DNA from: an uncultured Desulfobacterales bacterium | Lineage (GTDB): Bacteria > Desulfobacterota > Desulfobacteria > Desulfobacterales > JAUVVS01 | Assembly: GCA_964561845.1 (NCBI GenBank) | Contig: CAZLRK010000001.1 | Location: 14,119-78,118 of the forward strand | Length of the DNA stretch: 64,000 bases | Direction of reading: 5' to 3' | Part shown: positions 36,490 to 44,912 of the stretch, piece by piece | How positions within the stretch are numbered: position 1 is the stretch's first letter | How the letters are laid out: every line of letters begins with the position of its first letter | The notes under the pieces: generated by a model | The model's database searches: none | The model's input: the letters and a program-made list of their open reading frames with translations, nothing else | Told to the model about the DNA's origin: nothing | Program-made: the position numbers and the translations under genes

Positions 36490-38118
36490 ATGTTTTGCTA
36501 TCAATGTGAACAATCATCAAAAGGTAAGGCCTGTACAAAAATCGGAGTTTGCGGAAAAACGCCTGAAGTAGCAGCCCTGCAAGACTTGCTTATTTACGCG
36601 GTAAGTGGGTTGTCTTTACTTGCAGTGGAAGGACGGAAAGTTGGAATATCTGACGAAAATATCGATCAATTTGCCAGTGAGGCAATCTTTTCCACATTGA
36701 CCAATGTGGATTTTGATCCCGAAAGATTCGCCGATCTTATAAATGAAACGGTACGGTTGCGTGATAAGCTAAAGGAAAAGGTTAAAGCAGCAGGCGGAAA
36801 ATCAGATTTTTCAGAGGGGCCTGTTACATTTATCCCTGAAACCACTTTAGACGGAATAGTGGAGCAGGGGGAAAAGGTAGGAATAAAATCAGACGCTGAT
36901 GAAGATCCGGATATTACTTCTCTTAAGCAACTTTTGGTTTATGGTATTAAAGGTGTTTCAGCATATGCTGATCATGCTGCAATCCTGGGACAAACCGATG
37001 AAAAGGTTTTTGCTTTTATACATGAGGGTATGGCTGCGACATTAAATAATGAATTGAGTGCGGATGATCTGGTTGGACTTGTTTTGAAATGCGGTGAGAT
37101 TAACCTGCGGGCCATGGAACTTCTTGATGCCGGAAATACCGGAGCATACGGACATCCGGTTCCAACAGGCGTTCCGCTGGGTGTAAAAAAAGGAAAAGCG
37201 ATACTTGTTTCCGGGCATGATTTAAAAGATCTCGAAGAGATTCTAAAACAGAGTGAAGGAAAAGGAATCAACGTGTATACTCATGGCGAAATGCTTCCCT
37301 GCCACGGTTATCCCGAACTGAAGAAGTATTCACACTTTTACGGACATTACGGCACCGCGTGGCAGAACCAGGCAAAGGAATTTGCCCAATTTCCAGGCGC
37401 TATTTTAATGACCACAAATTGCATCCAAAAACCAAAAGATTCTTACAAAGACAATATTTTTACAACAGGCCTTGTAGGCTGGCCGGGTATCGTCCATATC
37501 GCCGACAAGAACTTTGCACCGATAATTGAAAAAGCATTGGAAATGCCTGGATTTGACGAGGATGTTGAAGGCAAATCCGTCATGGTGGGATTTGCTCGAA
37601 ACGCGGTCATGGGGGTCGTGGACAAGGTGATTGAAGCTGTAAAAAGTAAAGCAATCCGTCACTTTTTTCTTGTCGGAGGATGTGACGGTGCAAAAACCGG
37701 AAGGAATTACTATACCGAGTTTGTGGAAAAAGTGCCGGAGGATTGTGTGGTTCTTACACTTGCTTGCGGCAAATTCCGCTTTTTTGATAAAGACCTGGGT
37801 AACATCGGTGGTATTCCAAGGTTGCTCGACATAGGACAGTGCAATGATGCGTACTCTGCCGTCAAGATAGCGGTAGCTCTTTCTGAAGCCTTTGAATGCG
37901 GGGTTAATGATCTTCCTCTTTCTATGATACTTTCATGGTATGAGCAAAAGGCAGTTGCAATCCTTTTGACCCTGCTTTATCTTGGAATTAGGGATATAAG
38001 ACTGGGTCCGAGCTTACCTGTTTTTGTTTCGCCTAACATACTTAACGTTTTGGTGGAGAGATTTAACATTATGCCGGTAAAGACGCCGGATGAGGACCTA
38101 AAAACCATTTTAGGATAA
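36490..38118 (+). CDS. hcp: hybrid cluster protein / hydroxylamine reductase
   Basis: 542 aa. The N-terminal cysteine motif MFCYQCEQSSKGKACTKIGVCGK and overall length are typical of class I Hcp. RBS GGAGGA. Confidence 0.9.
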   Translation: MFCYQCEQSSKGKACTKIGVCGKTPEVAALQDLLIYAVSGLSLLAVEGRKVGISDENIDQFASEAIFSTLTNVDFDPERFADLINETVRLRDKLKEKVKAAGGKSDFSEGPVTFIPETTLDGIVEQGEKVGIKSDADEDPDITSLKQLLVYGIKGVSAYADHAAILGQTDEKVFAFIHEGMAATLNNELSADDLVGLVLKCGEINLRAMELLDAGNTGAYGHPVPTGVPLGVKKGKAILVSGHDLKDLEEILKQSEGKGINVYTHGEMLPCHGYPELKKYSHFYGHYGTAWQNQAKEFAQFPGAILMTTNCIQKPKDSYKDNIFTTGLVGWPGIVHIADKNFAPIIEKALEMPGFDEDVEGKSVMVGFARNAVMGVVDKVIEAVKSKAIRHFFLVGGCDGAKTGRNYYTEFVEKVPEDCVVLTLACGKFRFFDKDLGNIGGIPRLLDIGQCNDAYSAVKIAVALSEAFECGVNDLPLSMILSWYEQKAVAILLTLLYLGIRDIRLGPSLPVFVSPNILNVLVERFNIMPVKTPDEDLKTILG

Positions 38119-38154
38119 TATGTTTTTGACAAGATTATCAGAATAACAATCTTG

Positions 38155-38402
38155 GTAATATTTTAGCTGTTTGAAAACAACGTCGCTTCAAAGGCAATTA
38201 AATTTTAATGTGTAAAACTCGTGTATAAGTGAGAGTAAAGAAAAAACAGTGCATGTCTTATAAATAAACAAGTAAGCAATCAATACCGATTAGCTTGTGA
38301 GACACACCAATTCAATTCCTGTTTTTTCTAAACTCTCACTAATACCCTCAGACAGTTACACGATCTATATAGTCCTAATTACTTTCATAAGGCTAAAATG
38401 TT
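38155..38402 (+). repeat. family-A modular hairpin element, copy downstream of hcp
   Basis: Same orientation, termini and hairpin core as 36076-36326, with an indel near the left end. Confidence 0.7.
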
Positions 38403-38452
38403 GTGAATCTTGTAAATCCTGTCAAAAAAAATAAATTGGAATAGGTGATACC

Positions 38453-39181
38453 ATGAAATGCCCTGGTCAGGACAGTCGATATTGGAAGCCGGGGGCTATT
38501 TTTGAAGAAAAATGCCCTGAATGCGGCAATGACGTTGAATTTTTCAAGGACGACACGGCCCGGAAATGCGGAAAATGTGGACACAAATTTGTGAATCCGA
38601 AAATGGATTTCGGCTGTGCATCATATTGCCAGTATGCCGAACAGTGTTTGGGGACAATTCCACCGGAACTTGTTGCTCAGCAAGAAGAGCTTTTAAAGGA
38701 TCGGGTGGCAATAGAAATGAAGCTGTATTTCAAGACGGATTTTAAAAGGGTAGGGCATGCGATCCGGGTGGCACGCTGTGCAGAGGGGATCGGTATGAAG
38801 GAAAAGGGCAACCTTGCGGTAATTTTGCCGGCTGCATATCTTCATGATATCGGTATTCATGAAGCAGAACGCAAGTACAAAAGCACGGCTCCCAAGTATC
38901 AAGAAAAGGAAGGTCCACCAATTGCAAGATCTATATTGATAAAGCTTGGAGCAAATGAAGAATTAATAGACGAGGTGTGTGATATCGTAGGACACCATCA
39001 TCATCCACGTAAAGATGAAACAGTTAATTTCAGGGTGCTGTATGATTCGGATCTTATTGTGAACCTGGAGGAGAAACACAAAGAAAAACCAATGGATTCA
39101 AAGAAAATGGCCAATATAATCGGAAAATCGTTTTTAACAGAAGGGGGTCGTGAAGAAGCAAGGAAAGTGCTGCTGAGCTAA
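38453..39181 (+). CDS. zinc-ribbon plus HD-domain phosphohydrolase-like protein
   Basis: N-terminal CPxxxx...CPECG...CGKCGH cysteine pairs. HD motif region (AAYLHDIG ... VGHHHHP). Confidence 0.65.
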   Translation: MKCPGQDSRYWKPGAIFEEKCPECGNDVEFFKDDTARKCGKCGHKFVNPKMDFGCASYCQYAEQCLGTIPPELVAQQEELLKDRVAIEMKLYFKTDFKRVGHAIRVARCAEGIGMKEKGNLAVILPAAYLHDIGIHEAERKYKSTAPKYQEKEGPPIARSILIKLGANEELIDEVCDIVGHHHHPRKDETVNFRVLYDSDLIVNLEEKHKEKPMDSKKMANIIGKSFLTEGGREEARKVLLS

Positions 39182-39244
39182 GACCCTAATTGAAAAAAAA
39201 CTCAAAATAAGACCGTTTTAATTATAAACATACAGACATCGTCA

Positions 39245-39399
39245 AATAGTTGAGTGGTTAAATGGTTGAGTAGAAAAAGAATTATAATTAAATCAATATG
39301 TTAATATTTTCAAGCGGGTGGTTGTCCAATTATTTTGCAAAACGGATATTATTCCTATCATTACAACCACTTAACTACTCAACTACTCAACGACTTAAC
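39245..39399. repeat. paired low-complexity periodic arms (GTTGAGT/GGTTAAA words vs ACTCAAC/TTAACTA words)
   Basis: Left arm AATAGTTGAGTGGTTAAATGGTTGAGTAG and right arm CAACCACTTAACTACTCAACTACTCAACGACTTAAC, around an AT-rich spacer. Confidence 0.5.
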
Positions 39400-39423
39400 G
39401 AGATCTGAACATAAGGAGAAATT

Positions 39424-40176
39424 ATGAAAATATTAAGAAAAATAATAGAAATCGATGAAGAACTGTGTGATGGATGCGGAGTTTGCGTGCCGTCATGTGC
39501 CGAAGGTGCGCTTAAAATTATAGACGGTAAGGTGAAAGTTGTTGCTGAGAAACTTTGTGATGGACTAGGTGCCTGTATGGGAGAATGCCCTGCCGGTGCA
39601 CTTAAGGTTATAGAACGGGAAGCCGAAGAATTTAATGAAGAAGCTGTTGAAGAACACCTGGCGGAAAGAGACAAAAAAGAAAGCAAAGAAGAAGCGGTGC
39701 TGCCCTGCGGATGCCCCTCAGCGCAAATCCAGAATTTTATGTCAGCTGATCCCTGCCGGGAAGCTAATATACCTACTGCCATCCATAGCGAAGTGGAGTC
39801 TGCTCTATCCCATTGGCCGGTTCAGATAAAGCTGGTGCCTCCCCAGGCTCCGTTTCTAAAAGGGGCGGATCTTCTTGTCCCGGCAGACTGTGTTCCCATT
39901 GCTTTCCCCAATCTTCACAGGGAATTTTTAAAAGGAAAGGCCGTAACCATGGGATGTCCTAAATTTGATGATGTTGATGAGTATATTCAAAAGTTTACAG
40001 AGATATTCAAAGTTGCGGACATTAAGAGCATTACCACGGTTGTAATGGAAGTGCCCTGCTGCTCAGGCCTTCCAATAATTGTGAAGAAAGGATTGGAAGC
40101 GTCCGGGAAAAAAATACCCATGGAAGAGGTAGTTATCAGTACGAGGGGTAAGATTCTGGAACGGATTAAAAGTTGA
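39424..40176 (+). CDS. 4Fe-4S dicluster domain-containing protein (ferredoxin-like N-terminus)
   Basis: CDGCGVCVPSCAEGAL and CDGLGACMGECPAGAL cluster motifs. The C-terminal domain is uncharacterised. It lies downstream of hcp, like frdX-type genes in sulfate reducers (context inference). Confidence 0.65.
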   Translation: MKILRKIIEIDEELCDGCGVCVPSCAEGALKIIDGKVKVVAEKLCDGLGACMGECPAGALKVIEREAEEFNEEAVEEHLAERDKKESKEEAVLPCGCPSAQIQNFMSADPCREANIPTAIHSEVESALSHWPVQIKLVPPQAPFLKGADLLVPADCVPIAFPNLHREFLKGKAVTMGCPKFDDVDEYIQKFTEIFKVADIKSITTVVMEVPCCSGLPIIVKKGLEASGKKIPMEEVVISTRGKILERIKS

Positions 40177-40354
40177 ACTGAATATCTAATATCGAACAAT
40201 GAACCGCAGAATAATGAAGGGTTTTCTTCGATATTCTGCGGTTTAAGAATATTCATTTAAACCAAATACTTACATACCCCTTGTATCAAGTGTGTACTGC
40301 GCTCATCCTTTTAGGGCTGGTAGTTGACTTTTCCCATGAAGGATTATATGATAG

Positions 40355-43300
40355 GTGGCACTATACCACGGCACAATCTTATGTGTCTCTGTGGCAAACT
40401 ACCGGGTTAAATCATTGTCAGGCGCACAGAAAAAATTAAAAAAACTTCAATCTCTATTACCAAAGACATTAAGGATTGACCGTTATAAAATAAAACGTGA
40501 AATCAACAAATTAAAGCGATATAATACTGATTCTCCGCCAAGTGAAGAAGTAAAAAAAAGACTCCGAAATCTTGAAAATCGACTTCAATCATCCATAAAA
40601 AAAAGATCGTGGCGAAAAGAAAACCTGCCAAAGCCTACATATAACGACAGCCTTCCTATAACAGCAAAGAAAAACGAAATAATTACTTCAATTTTAAAAC
40701 ACCAGGTGGTTATTATATCCGGTGAAACAGGTTCCGGGAAGACCACCCAGATACCCAAGTTCTGTCTTGCTTCAGGAAGAGGAATAGACGGCAGGATTGG
40801 ATGTACACAGCCGAGAAGAATTGCTGCCGTGGCCGTAACCAACCGAATAGCTGAAGAACTGGGTGAAAAAGCAGGCGAGTCGGTTGGTTATAAAATCAGG
40901 TTCAAAGACAGAACTAGACATGATTCATTTATAAAGATCATGACGGATGGGATTCTTCTTGCTGAGACTCATAACGATCCTTATCTGAATGAATACGATA
41001 CTATAATTGTAGATGAGGCGCATGAGAGAAGTCTTAATATAGATTTTATTCTGGGGATTTTAAAGACACTCTTGAAGAAAAGAAAAGATCTTAAACTGAT
41101 AATAACTTCAGCAACCATCGATACGGAAAAGTTTTCAAAAGCGTTTAATAATGCACCTGTAATAGAGGTGTCAGGCCGCATGTATCCGGTTGAGGTGCAA
41201 TATCATTCTACGGAGCAGGAAAAAGATAAGAATGAGGATCAAACTCATATAGAACTGACCATAAATGCAGTTGATAATCTGCAAAAACAAAGTCCTTTTG
41301 GTGACATTCTCGTATTTATGCCGACGGAACAAGATATCCGTGAAACCTGTGAGATACTTGAAGGTAAAAATTATAAAGGCGCCATTGTTCTTCCTTTATT
41401 TGCAAGACTTTCCGGGTTTGAACAATCGAGAATTTTTTCAAGATCGCAGGGCAGAAAAATTATTGTTTCAACCAACGTTGCCGAAACTTCACTAACAATT
41501 CCGGGTATTAAATACGTGATCGATGCAGGTCTTGCGCGCATTCCCCGGTACACGCCGAGAACAAGAACCACATCGCTACCGGTTTCACCCATATCAAGAA
41601 GCAGTGCAGATCAGAGAAAAGGAAGATGTGGAAGGGTTGAAAACGGCGTTTGCATACGTCTTTTTTCAGAAGAGGATTATAATTCTCGTTCCATTTATAC
41701 TTTACCGGAAATTTTAAGGGCCAATCTGGCAGAAGTTATCCTAAGGATGATAGACTTAAAATTAGGCGATATTTCAGATTTCCCGTTTATAGACAGACCT
41801 GATCCAAAGAGTGTAAGGGATGGATTTGAGCTTCTATCGGAACTCGGGGCCATAAAGACGGACGACGGACGACGGACGACGGAGGGCAGAGGGCAGAGGG
41901 CAGAGGGCGGAAGACGGAAGACGGAGAGCGGAGGGCAGAGGGTAGAAGACGGAGGGCAGAGGACAGATGGCGGAGAACGGAAAGCGGAGGACAGCTTTTT
42001 TCTTACTGAAAAGGGAAAGATTATGGCGAAGATGCCGGTTGACCCAAGACTTTCCCGTATGCTTATTGAAGCGGAAAAAGAGGGATGCATTAAAGAGCTT
42101 GCTATTATTGCTTCTGCTTTAAGTTTACAGGATCCCCGGGAGAGACCAACGGATAAATACGAAGCTGCTGATAAAATACACGCAACCTTTAATGATCCTT
42201 CTTCTGATTTTATTACCTTTATAAATATATGGAACAAATATCATGAAACTCTGCGAAAGGAAAAAAGTACAAATAAACTAAAACGATTCTGTAAAGCGAA
42301 CTACCTCTCATTTAAACGTATGAGGGAATGGCGCGATATTCATGCTCAGGTTACTGATATATTGAAAGAGTGCGGGATGAGGAATGTTGATTCCAAAACG
42401 GTGGGTGTCTTAAATACCGGATCAGAACTTGAGAACCAGGCATATGAAAAAATTCATAAATCGATTTTGAGCGGATTTCTGTCGAATATTGCCATGAAAA
42501 AGGAAAAAAATATATTCACCGCTGCAAAGGGAAAGGAAGTGATGATATTTCCGGGTTCCGGTCTTTTTAATAAGGCCGGCAAGTGGATTGTTGCGGCGGA
42601 AATGGTAAGGACATCAAGGCTATTTGCCAGGACTGCGGCAAAAATAGACAGCAATTGGCTGGAAGACCTTGGAAAAGCACAGTGTAAATATACATATATG
42701 CACCCCCATTGGGAAAGGATCAGGGGTGAAGTAATTGCTTTAGAGCAGGTAAGTTTATTTGGTCTTATCATCCTTTCCGATAGATCAGTATCCTACGGAA
42801 GGATTAATCCTGACGAAGCAACGGATATATTTATACAAAGCGCTCTTGTTAATGGAGATGTGAAAAGACCTTTTCAATTTATGAAGTATAACAAAAAGCT
42901 TATTGATGAAGTTGAAGACATGGAAAACAGGATAAGAAGAAGGGATATCCTGGTAAGCGAGAATGATATGTTTCAGTTTTATAAAGATAAGCTTGAAAAC
43001 ATTTACAACATAAAATCACTTGAGAATTTTATAAAAAAAAGAGGAGGAGACAGCTTCCTCAGGATGAAAGAGGAAGACCTGCTTTTATATTCTCCAGACG
43101 TGAAAGAACTTTCTCTTTTTCCCGACAGCATTGAACTTGGGGATAGAAGTTTTCAATGTGTATATAATTTTGATCCGGAAAAGAATGACGACGGCCTGAC
43201 TGTAAAGATACCGATATCGCAGGTCTCAATGATTCCTATAGAATCTCTGGATTGGCTTGTGCCCGGACTTTTCAGAGAAAAAATTGAAGCGCTTATAAAA

Positions 43301-44509
43301 AGTCTTCCCAAGGTTTATCGAAGAAAGCTTGTTCCCGTTTCAAAGTCTGTAGACACCATTGTAAATGAGATGTCAAAAGGAGAAAATTCTTTGATAATCG
43401 AACTTGGCAAATTCATTAAAATACACTTTGGAATTAATATACCTGCATCTGCATGGTCTCTTGATTCTTTGCCGGATCATCTTAAGATGCGCATATCGAT
43501 TATGGACCCAAGAGGCGAAGAACTTTGTTCAGGCAGAGAAAAGGATATTCTCAATTTGAATAACGTAATCGGCGCCGAACAAAAAGAGTCTGGTGAATTT
43601 AAATCCGCAAGAAAAAAATGGGAAAGAACAGGAATTAGAGAATGGGATTTTAAGGATCTGCCGGAAACCGTTTCCATAAAGGGTAGGGACGGGGCACAAT
43701 GGGTTTTTTATCCGGGGCTGAAAATTGAAAATAAAAGTATCAGTCTCCGCCTTTTTCAAAATAAAGATGAAGCAGTAAAATCCCATAAAAAGGGTGTTTC
43801 CGCCCTTTTTGAAATATTATTTTCAAAGGACCTGAAGTTTTTAAAAAAGACTCTGACACTACCAAAAGATACGGCAAATACCGCCAAATATTTTGGAGGT
43901 GCAAAACAATTTGAGAAAATGCTTTATGAAAATGTAATAAAGGACCTTTTTCACAAGAATATACAGACTAAAGATAAATTTTATTCACATGCTGGATCGA
44001 CAGGACCAACTATTTTTAAAAAGGGACAAATAAAATTAGACGGGACCTTACCGGTTCTTAAGGCCTTTCATGATACAAGGTCTACCATTTACAGCCTGGA
44101 AAAGGCCGAGAGGGCAAACAGCGGTATAGTTCAATTTCTTAAAAGATTAAGGGAAGAGCTCTCCAGGCTAGTACCGGAGACGTATATGGAGCTCTATGAT
44201 GATGAAAGGATGGTTCATATTCCAAGATATGTAAAGGCTATTGCCGTCCGGGCAAAAAGAGGCGTAGAAAATATAGAAAAAGATAAATTCCGGTCAAAGG
44301 AAATCAAGATTTATTCCGACCGTTTGAATGGGTTTCTTGAAGAGCTTTCTAATTCAGTGTCTTCCCAAAAGAGAAATGCTATTGAGGATTTCTTCTGGCT
44401 TGTTGAAGAATACAAGGTTTCTATTTTTGCCCAGGAGTTGAAAACACCATTTCCTGTTTCAAAGAAGCGGCTTGATGAAAAATTAAAGGAGATAGAAAGG
44501 ATGATTTAG
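40355..44509 (+). CDS. hrpA: ATP-dependent RNA helicase HrpA (DEAH box)
   Basis: GETGSGKTTQ, DEAHERS, SATID, TNVAETSLTIPG and QRKGRCGR motifs plus a long C-terminal HrpA-type extension. The exact start is uncertain (GTG 40355 is the ORF limit). Confidence 0.85.
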   Translation: MALYHGTILCVSVANYRVKSLSGAQKKLKKLQSLLPKTLRIDRYKIKREINKLKRYNTDSPPSEEVKKRLRNLENRLQSSIKKRSWRKENLPKPTYNDSLPITAKKNEIITSILKHQVVIISGETGSGKTTQIPKFCLASGRGIDGRIGCTQPRRIAAVAVTNRIAEELGEKAGESVGYKIRFKDRTRHDSFIKIMTDGILLAETHNDPYLNEYDTIIVDEAHERSLNIDFILGILKTLLKKRKDLKLIITSATIDTEKFSKAFNNAPVIEVSGRMYPVEVQYHSTEQEKDKNEDQTHIELTINAVDNLQKQSPFGDILVFMPTEQDIRETCEILEGKNYKGAIVLPLFARLSGFEQSRIFSRSQGRKIIVSTNVAETSLTIPGIKYVIDAGLARIPRYTPRTRTTSLPVSPISRSSADQRKGRCGRVENGVCIRLFSEEDYNSRSIYTLPEILRANLAEVILRMIDLKLGDISDFPFIDRPDPKSVRDGFELLSELGAIKTDDGRRTTEGRGQRAEGGRRKTESGGQRVEDGGQRTDGGERKAEDSFFLTEKGKIMAKMPVDPRLSRMLIEAEKEGCIKELAIIASALSLQDPRERPTDKYEAADKIHATFNDPSSDFITFINIWNKYHETLRKEKSTNKLKRFCKANYLSFKRMREWRDIHAQVTDILKECGMRNVDSKTVGVLNTGSELENQAYEKIHKSILSGFLSNIAMKKEKNIFTAAKGKEVMIFPGSGLFNKAGKWIVAAEMVRTSRLFARTAAKIDSNWLEDLGKAQCKYTYMHPHWERIRGEVIALEQVSLFGLIILSDRSVSYGRINPDEATDIFIQSALVNGDVKRPFQFMKYNKKLIDEVEDMENRIRRRDILVSENDMFQFYKDKLENIYNIKSLENFIKKRGGDSFLRMKEEDLLLYSPDVKELSLFPDSIELGDRSFQCVYNFDPEKNDDGLTVKIPISQVSMIPIESLDWLVPGLFREKIEALIKSLPKVYRRKLVPVSKSVDTIVNEMSKGENSLIIELGKFIKIHFGINIPASAWSLDSLPDHLKMRISIMDPRGEELCSGREKDILNLNNVIGAEQKESGEFKSARKKWERTGIREWDFKDLPETVSIKGRDGAQWVFYPGLKIENKSISLRLFQNKDEAVKSHKKGVSALFEILFSKDLKFLKKTLTLPKDTANTAKYFGGAKQFEKMLYENVIKDLFHKNIQTKDKFYSHAGSTGPTIFKKGQIKLDGTLPVLKAFHDTRSTIYSLEKAERANSGIVQFLKRLREELSRLVPETYMELYDDERMVHIPRYVKAIAVRAKRGVENIEKDKFRSKEIKIYSDRLNGFLEELSNSVSSQKRNAIEDFFWLVEEYKVSIFAQELKTPFPVSKKRLDEKLKEIERMI
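41857..41994 (+). repeat. degenerate heptanucleotide tandem tract (about 19-20 units of NNNCGGA/NNNCAGA), in frame inside hrpA
   Basis: Units read directly: CGACGGA x3, GGGCAGA x3, GGGCGGA, AGACGGA x2, GAGCGGA and so on. They translate to a 7-aa-periodic Gly/Arg/Glu-rich insert (DDGRRTT EGRGQRA EGGRRKT ESGGQRV EDGGQRT DGGERKA). Confidence 0.8.
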
Positions 44510-44576
44510 GCAAGTATTTTGGTTATTTTAACTTTACAAAAAGTTATGGTAAGCTATGGTAAGCCTTGTGGTGTCC

Positions 44577-44858
44577 GGTTATTAGTAATCGGTGATCAGG
44601 TTATCGGTGATCGGTCAGTAACGTTCAAACGTTGAGCTTTATACACACTTGATACAGCTGCAATGTAAGCAACTTGTTTTATAAATATTCTATGTTTTTA
44701 GGAAGTTAGCAGTCAGTTAGAACCACATCCAAAATACCCTCTGTGTTAAGTGTGTCTTAAAGTCAGTTTCAAAAGGGGGGAGATTTTTAGGGTTTTCGTT
44801 CAGACACTAATTACCGATTACCAATCACTGATCACCGATCACCTGATCACTGATCACT
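44577..44858. repeat. paired heptamer-periodic arms (TAATCGG/TGATCGG words vs CCGATTA/CCGATCA words) enclosing family-C modules
   Basis: Left arm GGTTATTAGTAATCGGTGATCAGGTTATCGGTGATCGGTCAG and right arm CTAATTACCGATTACCAATCACTGATCACCGATCACCTGATCACTGATCAC. Confidence 0.55.
44696..44760. repeat. family-C intergenic repeat module (inverted relative to 11831-11895)
   Basis: GGAAGTTAGCAGTCAGTTAGAACCACATCCAAAATACCCTCTGTGTTAAGTGTGTCTTAA matches the reverse complement of 11831-11895. Confidence 0.6.
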
Positions 44859-44912
44859 CCAACATTTCGATACTCCGCGAACGAATAAATGCAACCACTA
44901 CTTTTAGAGAAT

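Noticed and set aside
41695-42237. 180-aa minus-strand ORF antisense to hrpA
   Set aside because: It is kept open only by the heptamer tract (Ser/Pro/Leu-rich complement of the G/A-rich repeat) and lies inside a strongly supported helicase gene.
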